Origin: Bacteroidales bacterium | GTDB taxonomy: Bacteria; Bacteroidota; Bacteroidia; Bacteroidales; F082 | Direction: 5' to 3' | DNA length: 64,000 nt | NCBI GenBank assembly: GCA_029933225.1 | Contig: JAOZOO010000002.1 | Coordinates: 925-64,924 of the forward strand | Part shown: in pieces, positions 46,558-56,483 of the stretch | Layout of the letters: every line of letters begins with the position of its first letter | Numbering within the stretch: position 1 is the stretch's first letter | Made by a program: the position numbers and the translations under genes | The notes under the pieces: generated by a model | Databases searched by the model: none | What the model saw: only the letters and a program-made list of their open reading frames with translations | Told to the model about the DNA's origin: nothing

Positions 46558-47670
46558 ATGAAGAATTTATTTTTTGTATTGATTTTTGTTTCATCCTTTT
46601 TCATGACCTTTTCCTGTCAGCAAACCAGCAATGACAATTTTACGGTTACATTCAACATAAAAGGGATTGATAATGTATGGCTGATCATGCAACAGCGAAA
46701 AGACGGTGAGTGGATCAAGATAGACTCGGTGGAACTGAAAAACGGATCAGGTGTCATCAAGGGAAAAATTGATGCGCCGGAGTTTTATTATGTGACGCTT
46801 CGTAACTCCCGCAATTTTATGCCTTTGTTCGTTGAACCGGGAAATATAACGGTATCAGCCAATGCGCAGACATTTAGCCACCCGAAAGTAGAAGGCTCAC
46901 AAGCTCAAATCGTTTATGAATCATTTCTTGACAAAATGGATGAATACGACCAGAAAGCTTCTGCATTAGGTAGGAAGTATCAGGAAGCCAAAAAAAATAA
47001 TGATGAAGCGCTGGCACAGAAAATATCTGACGATTATGAAAAGATGTCTGAAGAAAAAGCAAACGCGATCGTTGACTTTGCCATGCAGCACAGCAATTCG
47101 GTCGTGGCTCCGTTTATCATGATGAACTATTCTTATTTATTTGACCTCGACCAGCTTAAAAAGGTAAGCCAGGCCCTGGATGCTTCCGTTGCCAAATCAT
47201 ATTATGCAAATTCGTTAAGCGAACGGGTGAAAACACTTGAAAATGTTCAGATAGGGAAACATTTTGTTGATTTCACATTGAACGACCCCGATGGAAATCC
47301 GGTTTCTTTGTCTTCGGTAGCCGGTCAGGGTAACTATGTTCTTGTTGATTTCTGGGCTGCCTGGTGCCGGCCCTGCCGCGCTGAAAATCCAAATCTTGTC
47401 AAAGCCTACAATGAATATCATGAAAAAGGATTTGACGTATTCGGCGTTTCTTTCGACAAAGACCGCGACAAATGGCTTAAAGCCATTGATGACGATCATT
47501 TAACCTGGACACAGGTTTCCGACTTGAAATACTGGGGTAGTGAAGCCGGAAAACTCTATGGTGTTCAGTCAATTCCGCACAATGTGCTGATCGATCCAGA
47601 TGGAATAATCATCGGGAAAAATTTACGTGGTGAACAGCTTAACAACAAGCTTAAAGAATTATACAAATAA
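46558..47670 (+). CDS. TlpA-like thiol:disulfide oxidoreductase lipoprotein (thioredoxin fold, AhpC/TSA family)
   Basis: Lipobox FMTFSC and the active site WAAWCRPCRAENP in the C-terminal thioredoxin domain. The N-terminal ~200 aa are an accessory domain. Confidence 0.85.
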   Translation: MKNLFFVLIFVSSFFMTFSCQQTSNDNFTVTFNIKGIDNVWLIMQQRKDGEWIKIDSVELKNGSGVIKGKIDAPEFYYVTLRNSRNFMPLFVEPGNITVSANAQTFSHPKVEGSQAQIVYESFLDKMDEYDQKASALGRKYQEAKKNNDEALAQKISDDYEKMSEEKANAIVDFAMQHSNSVVAPFIMMNYSYLFDLDQLKKVSQALDASVAKSYYANSLSERVKTLENVQIGKHFVDFTLNDPDGNPVSLSSVAGQGNYVLVDFWAAWCRPCRAENPNLVKAYNEYHEKGFDVFGVSFDKDRDKWLKAIDDDHLTWTQVSDLKYWGSEAGKLYGVQSIPHNVLIDPDGIIIGKNLRGEQLNNKLKELYK

Positions 47671-47797
47671 CCTTACGTTTTTTGTCACGTTTTGTGATCC
47701 TGTTATCCGTAACTTTTATTTATGTGAATCGTAATAAACTCTATTACTGACCAGAAACATCTGGTTCATCTTGTTATTAATTCAATTTTACCTTAAA

Positions 47798-50700
47798 ATG
47801 AAAACAAATTTTTCTCTGTCACGGATTCAAAATCTGCTTGCCGTGCTGGTGTTCATCTTCACCATCAGTTCCGTAACGGCTCAACCCTGGACAAAATTCT
47901 TGCCCCAGGATAAATTAGAGAATCACACTTTAACATTAAAAGACTACCAGGAAGCTTTTTATAAATACTGGGAACCATTCAACGTGGAAAACGGTTACTA
48001 TATGGTGAACGGTGAAAAGCAGAAAGCCTGGGGATGGAAACAGTTTAAACGATGGGAATGGTATTGGGAAACCCGTGTTGATCCTGTTACCGGTGCATTT
48101 CCCGATAAAACGGCCCTGGAGGTTTTCGAAGCCTTTACCAATGGGAGGGAAGAAACTTCAGGTTCCGGTGACTGGTCAAGCATGGGACCAGATCAGACCA
48201 GCGGTGGATATGCCGGCCTGGGAAGGTTGAATTGCGTCGGTTTCAATCCCAATGATAATAACAAAATGTATGTTGGTGCTGCATCCGGCGGATTATGGAA
48301 AACAACCGACGGGGGTTCTACATGGGCTCCTGTGAGCGACTCCATCGCTGCATTAGGTATCAGCGATATAGTCGTTGTTGAAGAGAACGGCGTTGAAACG
48401 ATTTACATCGGTACGGGAGATCGTGATCATTCCGATACATGGTCCGTCGGCGTACTGAAATCCACTGACGGCGGTACAACATGGAACACAACCGGACTCG
48501 ACTGGACTCAAAACCAGAATAAGCTGATCAACCGGATGATCGTCGATACCGATGCACCAGATACAATTTACGCAGCAACAACCGACGGTCTTTATCAAAC
48601 CGTTAACGGAGGCACAAGCTGGTCGTTAAAGACAGGATCTGTTTTTATTGATATTGAATTTCAGCCTGGAAATACTGCGCAGATTTACGGCTCCACCAAA
48701 AGCGGACAGGTTTACCGAAGTACCAATTACGGCAGTTCCTGGACACAAGTGATGAGCGTTAGTGGCGGGAAAAGGACTGAAATTGCCGTAACGGCTGATA
48801 ATTCTTCAGTGGTCTATGCACTGGTAGCTAACTCCAACAGTGGCTTGCTGGGAATCTATAAATCCACCAACGGTGGAACCAGCTTTACACAGGTATTCAG
48901 CAGTTCAACAGCAAACCTGCTCGACTGGAGTTGCGACGGATCAGGATCCGGTGGCCAGGCATGGTATGACCTGTGTATTGCCAGCGACCCGAATAACGAA
49001 GATGTCGTTTTTGTTGGCGGTGTAAACACCTGGAAATCTACCGACGGTGGTTCTACCTGGAATATCAATAACCACTGGTACGGCGGCTGTGGCGTTCCGG
49101 CAGTACATGCCGATAAACATTACTTTAAATATCAAAACGGAACTTCCACGCTTTTCGAATGCAACGACGGTGGTTTTTACAAAACTTCAAATGGCGGCAG
49201 CTCATGGACTCATCTTGGCAGCGGTTTGGTAATCAGCCAGATGTACCGGCTTGGCGTAGGTCAGACCTCCAGCGATGAAGTTATCACGGGTTTGCAGGAT
49301 AACGGAACAAAAGCTCTTTTGTCGGGTTCTTGGGATGATGTGATCGGTGGCGATGGAATGGAATGTCTGATTGACTATACCGATGAAAACGTACAATATG
49401 GTGAACTTTATTTTGGTGATATCCGAAGAACAACGAATCACTGGGTGACCTCAACAAGTATTTCTTACGGAATATCAGGTAATGCGGCCTGGGTTACTCC
49501 TTATATAATTGATAAAAACAATCATCTGACACTTTATGTGGGATACCAGGATGTATGGAAATCAACAAACCAGGGAAATTCATGGACGAAAATAAGCAGT
49601 TGGTATGATAATACTTTGCGTTCTCTCGCCATTGCCGGTAATTCCGATTACATCTATGCCGCCACTTTAGGCGACATTTACAAAACATCAAACGGCGGTA
49701 CAAGCTGGACAAACATCACATCAGGATTACCGGTTTCATCCGCCAGTATAACTTACATTTCAGTAAAAGATGATGATCCGGAAACCATTTGGGTTTCTTT
49801 CGGCGGTTTCAATGCTTACGGGGTTTACGAATCAACGGACGGCGGCAGCTCTTGGACGAATATTTCATCCGGCTTACCACAATTACCTGTTAATTGTGTT
49901 ATTCAGGATACATCCGCAAACGATGTTATTTTGTATGCGGGAACTGATGTGGGTGTTTATGTAAAAGACGGGACCAACAACTGGGCGGCTTTTTACGACA
50001 GTTTGCCCAATGTAGTGGTTACCGAGCTGGATATCTATTACGACAGCAATCCGGCCGATTCAAAGATCAGAGCCGCAACATTTGGCCGTGGTTTGTGGGA
50101 ATCGGACCTTTATTCCACCGTTGCAGCACCCGTAGCTGATTTTGTTGCCGATAATTTAACACCATACACTACGGATACTGTTTCTTTTACAGATTTATCC
50201 ACCAATTCTCCGACAGCATGGAGCTGGGAAATAACACCCCCAACCATAACTTATGTTGACGGCACCGATTCAACATCACAAAATCCGAAAGTGATGTTTG
50301 ATGCAACAGGTCTTTATACTGTATCGTTAACAGCTTCCAATGCGGGAGGATCGGGTACTGAAACAAAAACGGATTACATTGATGCCTCTGTTCAGGTATT
50401 CCCTCCGGTGGCTGATTTTGTTGCCGATACGACACACCCGAGTGTTGTGGATACTGTTATGTTTACAGACCTTTCGACAAACAATCCGGATTCATGGGAC
50501 TGGGATTTTGACCCCGCAACGGTAACTTTCCTCAATAGTACCGATTCATCTTCACAAAATCCTGCTGTCAGATTTGATGTGGCCGGTGATTATTCCGTAA
50601 CGCTAACCGTTTCCAACTCTGCAGGTACAGATGACACGATCTTTACCAATTACATCACGGCTGTTGATGTGTTGACGGTGACGGCTACGGCCACACCGGA

Positions 50701-51406
50701 TGAAATCTGTGAGACCGAGTCGAGTCAGTTGGATGCCAGTCCGGCAGGTGGTGATGGAAACTACACATTTTCATGGACATCCGATCCGGCAGGATTTACT
50801 TCTGATGAGCAAAGTCCTGAGGTATATCCTGATGTGACCACAACATTTTATGTTGATGTTTCCGATGGTTTGCAAACCGCAACGACAGATGTATTGGTAA
50901 CGGTTAATGCCCTTCCTGAAATCACTTTGGGTGACTGGCCCGATGAATTATGTAATCAGATGGAACCACCTGTTCAGTTAACTGCAGAACCCGAAGGAGG
51001 TGTTTACAGTGGTGAAGCAGTGACCACAGACGGCATATTCTCGCCTGAAGATGCACTACTGGGCTGGAACGTGATCACCTATACTTACGAAGATGAAAAC
51101 AACTGTTCGGCTTCAGCACAGGATTCCATTTTTGTAGATGAATGTACAGGTATGAATAATGCTTTTGATACCGGCGCAAGTCTGGTGATTTATCCAAACC
51201 CTAATAATGGAATCTTTATTATTGAAAGTAAAACTGTGATCAGTAAAGTACAGGTTATGAACCAGTTTGGTTCTGTTGTTTACAGTAGTAAAATCAATGA
51301 TTATTCAGGACGCTTGAAATTAAATCTGCAAAGTGGTTTTTACTATTTGAAAGCCGAATTTGCAAACGGCGAAAGTCCGGTTACGAAAAAGGTATTTATA
51401 CAGTAG
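47798..51406 (+). CDS. Large secreted BNR/Asp-box (sortilin-like) beta-propeller protein with two PKD-like modules and a T9SS C-terminal sorting domain
   Basis: ~10 Asp-boxes (STDGGTTW, TSNGGSSW, STDGGSSW ...), two tandem PKD-like modules (VADFVAD...) and the CTD-like tail LVIYPNPNNGIFIIES...GFYYLKAEFANGESPVTKKVFIQ. ATG 47798 precedes the signal peptide. Confidence 0.85.
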   Translation: MKTNFSLSRIQNLLAVLVFIFTISSVTAQPWTKFLPQDKLENHTLTLKDYQEAFYKYWEPFNVENGYYMVNGEKQKAWGWKQFKRWEWYWETRVDPVTGAFPDKTALEVFEAFTNGREETSGSGDWSSMGPDQTSGGYAGLGRLNCVGFNPNDNNKMYVGAASGGLWKTTDGGSTWAPVSDSIAALGISDIVVVEENGVETIYIGTGDRDHSDTWSVGVLKSTDGGTTWNTTGLDWTQNQNKLINRMIVDTDAPDTIYAATTDGLYQTVNGGTSWSLKTGSVFIDIEFQPGNTAQIYGSTKSGQVYRSTNYGSSWTQVMSVSGGKRTEIAVTADNSSVVYALVANSNSGLLGIYKSTNGGTSFTQVFSSSTANLLDWSCDGSGSGGQAWYDLCIASDPNNEDVVFVGGVNTWKSTDGGSTWNINNHWYGGCGVPAVHADKHYFKYQNGTSTLFECNDGGFYKTSNGGSSWTHLGSGLVISQMYRLGVGQTSSDEVITGLQDNGTKALLSGSWDDVIGGDGMECLIDYTDENVQYGELYFGDIRRTTNHWVTSTSISYGISGNAAWVTPYIIDKNNHLTLYVGYQDVWKSTNQGNSWTKISSWYDNTLRSLAIAGNSDYIYAATLGDIYKTSNGGTSWTNITSGLPVSSASITYISVKDDDPETIWVSFGGFNAYGVYESTDGGSSWTNISSGLPQLPVNCVIQDTSANDVILYAGTDVGVYVKDGTNNWAAFYDSLPNVVVTELDIYYDSNPADSKIRAATFGRGLWESDLYSTVAAPVADFVADNLTPYTTDTVSFTDLSTNSPTAWSWEITPPTITYVDGTDSTSQNPKVMFDATGLYTVSLTASNAGGSGTETKTDYIDASVQVFPPVADFVADTTHPSVVDTVMFTDLSTNNPDSWDWDFDPATVTFLNSTDSSSQNPAVRFDVAGDYSVTLTVSNSAGTDDTIFTNYITAVDVLTVTATATPDEICETESSQLDASPAGGDGNYTFSWTSDPAGFTSDEQSPEVYPDVTTTFYVDVSDGLQTATTDVLVTVNALPEITLGDWPDELCNQMEPPVQLTAEPEGGVYSGEAVTTDGIFSPEDALLGWNVITYTYEDENNCSASAQDSIFVDECTGMNNAFDTGASLVIYPNPNNGIFIIESKTVISKVQVMNQFGSVVYSSKINDYSGRLKLNLQSGFYYLKAEFANGESPVTKKVFIQ
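50132..50683 (+). repeat. Two tandem PKD-like coding modules (276-nt / 92-aa period)
   Basis: gt(a/g)gctgattttgttgccgat recurs at 50132 and 50408. The protein segments VADFVADNLTPYTTDTVSFTDLSTN... and VADFVADTTHPSVVDTVMFTDLSTN... align. Confidence 0.7.
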
Positions 51407-51614
51407 CATGTTGTTTTCTCGGCGAATGGTTTTATTCATGCAAGAAGGAGTGTCTGTTTATGGGCATTACAAATGCCGGTTATAGAATATACGTGTTGTA
51501 AACAAGTATGAGGTCTGTGTCTGGATTGCAAATCCAGACCAGTAAAGGTAAAAAACCTTTACGTTCTTCGCGGAAACATTGTGTCCTTTGCGATTTAAAA
51601 AATAAGTATCTAAA

Positions 51615-53006
51615 CTATTTCTCCGGATGTTGTTCTTTCCACTGCTGATTGAATGATTTTTCAGCAATAGGCGGGAATTCTCTCCTTGGCCCCCATGCTT
51701 TTGATGCAAACATTTTGGCAAAAGTGTTTTTGGTTTTGCCTCCCACCATATCCATCATTTTTCTGGAACCCAAAGCTTTGGTTGCCATCTTCATACCTTG
51801 TTTTTCAATGAGCGGAGTATAACCTTTCTTTACTGCATAGTCCCTGTTTAGAAGTAAAAATTCATGGATGGGTATTTTAACCGGGCAAACCGTCGTGCAT
51901 TTTCCGCACAGCGAGGACGCAAAGCTCAAATGTTTGTAAGTCCCAAAGTCTTCAAGGAAAGGTTCAATTACTGAGCCTATAGGACCTGTGTACGTTGTAT
52001 TGTAAGTATGGCCGCCGATATTTTTATATACAGGACATCCGTTCAGGCAGGCACCACACCGGATACAGGATAATGCCTGGCGCTGTCGCTCCTGGGCAAG
52101 CAAATTGGTCCGTCCGTTATCAAGCAATATCAGATACATTTCTTCGGGACCGTCTTTTTCCTTTTCTTTCCGCGGACCGGATATGATCGAATTATAAACC
52201 GTCATCAACTGCCCTGTTCCGTGGGTCGAAAGCAAAGGCCAGTAAAGGTCAAGGTCTTCAAGCCGGGGTATAATTTTTTCTATTCCGGCAATAGCAATAT
52301 GTACCTTGGGGAAAGATATGGACAACATGCCGTTGCCTTCGTTTTCTGTCAATGCAATGGATCCCGTATCGGCAATCAGGAAATTGACACCCGTTACACC
52401 GAGATCGGCATTACGGAATTTCTCCCGCAGTAAATGCCGGGTGTAAATTGTCAACTCCTCAGGCAGCATATCGGCAGGTGTTTCAAATTTTTTATTGTAT
52501 AACTCCGCCACATCTTCTTTCGACATGTGCATGGCCGGAGTAACAATATGATAGGGTCTTTGCCCGGCCTGTTGTACAATGAATTCGCCCAGGTCAGTTT
52601 CTGTAACCTCTATGCCGTTTTTCTCAAGAAAAGGATTCAGTTCTATTTCTTCAGTTGTCATGGATTTGGATTTGACAACCGAAGAAACTTCATGTTTTTG
52701 TGCAATCCTTTTTATCTCTTTCAATGCATGTTCTGCATCCACCGCCCAGATGATCTTTCCGCCGTTTCTCAGAAAATTATCTTCGAACTCAATAAGATAC
52801 TTATCCAGTTCATTGATCATTCTGTATTTATGATGACCTGCTCTTTGTTTGGCCAGTTCAAGGTCTTTATATAACTCCCGCTGACCTTTTTCAACAGTCT
52901 GATCGTACCTTGATATATTGAATTTGATTTTTCGTCTGTGTTCTTTGTCAAAGCTGATCTTTTCAGCTTTTTTCAGAAATACCTTATGTTCAGCAGCTTT
53001 TTTCAA
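51615..53006 (-). CDS. lutB: LutB-like iron-sulfur protein (LUD domain plus 2x[4Fe-4S])
   Basis: 463 aa with CIRCGACLNGCPVY and CGKCTTVCPVKIP ferredoxin motifs after an N-terminal LUD/DUF162-like region. Apparent TTG start. Confidence 0.8.
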   Translation of the reverse strand: MKKAAEHKVFLKKAEKISFDKEHRRKIKFNISRYDQTVEKGQRELYKDLELAKQRAGHHKYRMINELDKYLIEFEDNFLRNGGKIIWAVDAEHALKEIKRIAQKHEVSSVVKSKSMTTEEIELNPFLEKNGIEVTETDLGEFIVQQAGQRPYHIVTPAMHMSKEDVAELYNKKFETPADMLPEELTIYTRHLLREKFRNADLGVTGVNFLIADTGSIALTENEGNGMLSISFPKVHIAIAGIEKIIPRLEDLDLYWPLLSTHGTGQLMTVYNSIISGPRKEKEKDGPEEMYLILLDNGRTNLLAQERQRQALSCIRCGACLNGCPVYKNIGGHTYNTTYTGPIGSVIEPFLEDFGTYKHLSFASSLCGKCTTVCPVKIPIHEFLLLNRDYAVKKGYTPLIEKQGMKMATKALGSRKMMDMVGGKTKNTFAKMFASKAWGPRREFPPIAEKSFNQQWKEQHPEK

Positions 53007-53015
53007 AATGTTATT

Positions 53016-53465
53016 CTAACTTAAAATCTTTGGAATCTTTTTAATTCTGCGCAAATGTCTTCCTCCTTCGAAAGGGGTGTTTAAAAACAGTTGAACCATT
53101 TTCCAGGCCAGATCGAAAGCAATAAACCGGCCGGGCAGCGACATGATATTGGCATCATTATGTTGCCTGGCCAGCCGGGCCTGTTCTTCATCCCAACACA
53201 ATGCCGCCCTGACATTCGGGTATTTATTAGCAGTCATCTGTGCACCGTTTCCGCTTCCGCACATAATGATCGCCCTTTTCAATAAACCTTTATTCACTTC
53301 ACTTGCCAGCGGATGGATATAATCCGGATAATCCACACTTTTCTCCGAATGCGTGCCAAAATCCTTTACTTCATAACCGGCTTCCTTTAACTTTTGTTTA
53401 ATATATTCTTTCATGGCAAATCCGCCATGATCAGAAGCCATTCCGATAACTTTATTGTCAGCCAT
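53016..53465 (-). CDS. rpiB: Ribose-5-phosphate isomerase B
   Basis: 149 aa. ASDHGGFAMKEYIK and MCGSGNGAQMTANK match RpiB/LacAB family motifs. Confidence 0.93.
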   Translation of the reverse strand: MADNKVIGMASDHGGFAMKEYIKQKLKEAGYEVKDFGTHSEKSVDYPDYIHPLASEVNKGLLKRAIIMCGSGNGAQMTANKYPNVRAALCWDEEQARLARQHNDANIMSLPGRFIAFDLAWKMVQLFLNTPFEGGRHLRRIKKIPKILS

Positions 53466-53484
53466 TGCAAGGAATTTTGACTGA

Positions 53485-53492
53485 CAAAATTA
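53485..53492 (-). promoter_or_regulatory. Candidate -7 box (TAATTTTG on minus strand)
   Basis: Plus-strand caaaatta, 20 nt upstream of the rpiB ATG at 53465. Confidence 0.45.
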
Positions 53493-53967
53493 ATTAAATT
53501 ATCAGGCGTTTATAAAAGTGAGTCATTTGAATTCTTTAATTGTGTAACTTTATTTTTGAATTTTGGAATATTGAATATTGTCATGTTAATATCTGCTTAA
53601 TTTTGTTGATTAATTGCTCATAAGTTTTCAGTTATCAACAGATGTTTTTTGTGGCACGGCAAAAGTTGACAATTATTGAAATTTATGAATTTTTATGAGC
53701 AGTAATTAACAATAAAAATGACGAGTCATTAGTAATTGTTATCAGGTAAATTTAAAATACAACGATGGTTTATATGTTGTAAAAAATATTGTTTATCAAT
53801 GATCTGTAACGTGATTAAATGTTAAAAAAATGTTAGTAAGAAAATACAATTGTGAAATCAAAGTTTTCGGTCAGTAAATAATCAATAATGCTAACAGACT
53901 ATTATTATTATACCTTTTTTAAATATAATATATATATATAATTATTTGTTGTTAATAAAAGAGTGAA

Positions 53968-54903
53968 ATGAACTACCGGGAAGAAATACTGAAATTAAAA
54001 AAAGATAAAAATGCCCTGATACTGGCTCATTATTATCAGGTGCCCGAAATACAGGATATTGCCGATTATGTAGGTGACAGTCTGGGTCTTGCGCAAAAAG
54101 CGTCTGACGCAGACACCAACATAATCGTTTTTGCCGGTGTACATTTTATGGCCGAAACAGCCAAGATGCTGAATCCCGGGATACCGGTTATTTTACCGGA
54201 CCTTGAAGCGGGGTGTTCACTTGCTGATTCTTGTCCTTATGATGATTTTGTGAAATTTAAGGAAAAGTATCCTGACCACATTGTCATTTCTTATATCAAT
54301 ACAACGGCAGCCATCAAAACAGTCAGCGATGTGATCTGTACTTCGGGAAATGCTGTACAGATCGTTGAATCATTTCCTAAAGAGCAAAAGATCATATTCG
54401 CACCGGATAAAAACCTCGGTGGTTACATCAACAGGGAAACAGGAAGAAACATGGTTTTGTGGAACGGAACGTGTGAGGTGCACGATGTTCTGACTACCGA
54501 AGCCATTATCAAAATGAAACAGGAAAATCCGGACGCCAGACTGATTGCCCATCCCGAGTGCAATGCGCCGGTTCTGGAACTTGCCGACTACATTGGTTCC
54601 ACCACGGGTATGCTGAAATTCACGCAAAAAGATGATGCTAAAAAATATATTGTAGCCACCGAAACAGGTATTTTACACCAGATGAAACTGGCTTCTCCCG
54701 AAAAAGAATTTCTGGTCGTACCTTCAGATGAAACATGCGCCTGTAACGATTGTCCTTACATGAAACTCAATACCATGGAAAAGCTTTATCTTGCGCTGAA
54801 AAATGAGAAGCCCGAAATCACCCTCGACGAACAAACAATTGAAAAAGCTGTAAAACCCATTAACAGAATGCTTGATATTTCCAGAAAGCTGAATCTGATA
54901 TAA
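53968..54903 (+). CDS. nadA: Quinolinate synthase
   Basis: 311 aa. LAHYYQVPEIQDIADYVGDSL, FAGVHFMAET and conserved Cys ligands (...GCSLAD..., ...GTCEVH..., ...CPYMKLNT). Confidence 0.95.
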   Translation: MNYREEILKLKKDKNALILAHYYQVPEIQDIADYVGDSLGLAQKASDADTNIIVFAGVHFMAETAKMLNPGIPVILPDLEAGCSLADSCPYDDFVKFKEKYPDHIVISYINTTAAIKTVSDVICTSGNAVQIVESFPKEQKIIFAPDKNLGGYINRETGRNMVLWNGTCEVHDVLTTEAIIKMKQENPDARLIAHPECNAPVLELADYIGSTTGMLKFTQKDDAKKYIVATETGILHQMKLASPEKEFLVVPSDETCACNDCPYMKLNTMEKLYLALKNEKPEITLDEQTIEKAVKPINRMLDISRKLNLI

Positions 54904-54913
54904 ACAGAAATAT

Positions 54914-56443
54914 ATGATTAGATCATCCAAAATAACAGCGCTATTTATCTTATTGTTTTTCATTTCCTTCGGATTACTTGCCCAGCAGGATACCGCAAAG
55001 ATCAATCCTAATGGCTATAACAGGTTTTATTATGATGATGGAACTCTGGCCAGCGAAGGAACCATGCGTGACGGAAAACCCGATGGTTACTGGAAAAATT
55101 ATTATGAAAATGGAAAGCTGAAATCGGAAGGCAACCGAAAGAATTTTCTGCTGGACAGCCTGTGGAGATTTTATGATGAAGACGGCAAACTGGTACTGGA
55201 AATCAATTATAAAGAGGGAAGAAAAAACGGTTTCAGAATAACCCACCAGGGAGATGAGGTTACCAAAGAGACTTTTGTGAATGATGTAAAACAGGGACCG
55301 ACTTATATTCTGTATCCGAATGGAAAAGTCAAAATGAAAATACCGTTCGTGAACGGTTTGGAAAACGGTGTGGCACGCGAATACGACCTGAACGGAAATG
55401 TGATTCAACTGATCACTTACAAAAAGGGTTACATTGTCAGCAGGGAAAGGATCAACCGCTATGATGCTGACAATTTACCAGACGGCAAATGGAAATGGTT
55501 TTATGATGATGAAACCTTGCGGATGGAAGGTACTTTCAAACATGGCCTGAAAAACGGATATTTTAAAGAATATGATAAAGAAGGCAATTTAATATCGGTA
55601 ACCAAATGGGTTGACGGGGAAAAAGAAGAGCAGGCCGAAGAACTTGTAAAACTTGATGTGAGGACGGATTATTATCCCGATGGTACACCTAAAGTTGTTG
55701 GGACTTATGACAAGGATGGAATACCCGAAGGTGTGCGTCGCGAATACAGCCCGGAAGGAAAAGTTGAAAAAGCCTATATTTTCAGGCACGGGAAGATCAT
55801 TGCCGAGGGTATTTTTACCGATGCCGGTGAAAAAGAAGGTTTCTGGAAAGAATATTATCCTGACGGAAAGTTGAAAGCAGTGGGCCGTTACAACAAAGAC
55901 GAACGTGACGGATTGTGGAAATTTTATTATCCGTCGGGGCAGCTTGAAGAAGTGGGAAAATATATGAACGGGCAACCTGACAGCACATGGCGCTGGTATT
56001 ATTCAAACGGGAAATTACTCCGTGACGAACATTTTTACAAAGGTTTGCCCGACGGTACCATGACCGAATATGATCTCAATGGGAAAGTCAGGGCACAGGG
56101 AGAATATATTGAAGGGAAAAAAGAAGATTTCTGGTTTTACATCGAGGGTGATTCCCGTGAAGAAGGAAACTATGTTGAAGGCCGCAGGAACGGTTTGTGG
56201 AAATCATATTACGACAGCGGCCAGATGAGTTTTCAGGGGAAATTTGTGGATGGGTTACCCAACGGAAAGCATATCTGGTATTGGGAAAACGGAAAGATAA
56301 AACAACAGGGAAATTATGTGATGGGACGAAAGACGGGAGACTGGAAAAAATTTGATCAAAACGGTATGCTGATCATCACTATTTCTTATAAAAACGGGAA
56401 AGAAGTTAAATATGATGGTATCGAAGCCGACTTAGAAGAATAA
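54914..56443 (+). CDS. Secreted MORN-variant repeat protein (YwqK-like repeats)
   Basis: 509 aa with a signal peptide and ~20 copies of the G.(P/K/R)(D/N)G.W..(Y/F)Y.(N/D)GK(L/V) repeat. Confidence 0.85.
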   Translation: MIRSSKITALFILLFFISFGLLAQQDTAKINPNGYNRFYYDDGTLASEGTMRDGKPDGYWKNYYENGKLKSEGNRKNFLLDSLWRFYDEDGKLVLEINYKEGRKNGFRITHQGDEVTKETFVNDVKQGPTYILYPNGKVKMKIPFVNGLENGVAREYDLNGNVIQLITYKKGYIVSRERINRYDADNLPDGKWKWFYDDETLRMEGTFKHGLKNGYFKEYDKEGNLISVTKWVDGEKEEQAEELVKLDVRTDYYPDGTPKVVGTYDKDGIPEGVRREYSPEGKVEKAYIFRHGKIIAEGIFTDAGEKEGFWKEYYPDGKLKAVGRYNKDERDGLWKFYYPSGQLEEVGKYMNGQPDSTWRWYYSNGKLLRDEHFYKGLPDGTMTEYDLNGKVRAQGEYIEGKKEDFWFYIEGDSREEGNYVEGRRNGLWKSYYDSGQMSFQGKFVDGLPNGKHIWYWENGKIKQQGNYVMGRKTGDWKKFDQNGMLIITISYKNGKEVKYDGIEADLEE

Positions 56444-56483
56444 TTCATATTTTAGCCCGGCAAACGAAAAAAAAACAACAATT

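Noticed and set aside
51467-51721. 84-aa minus-strand ORF at the lutB 3' end
   Set aside because: It overlaps the lutB terminus in another frame and extends across the hairpin-rich spacer. It has no motif and an unusual composition.
53928-53940. (AT)6 dinucleotide run before nadA as a phase-variation switch
   Set aside because: It is too short for efficient slipped-strand mispairing, and it sits in DNA that is almost pure A/T anyway.
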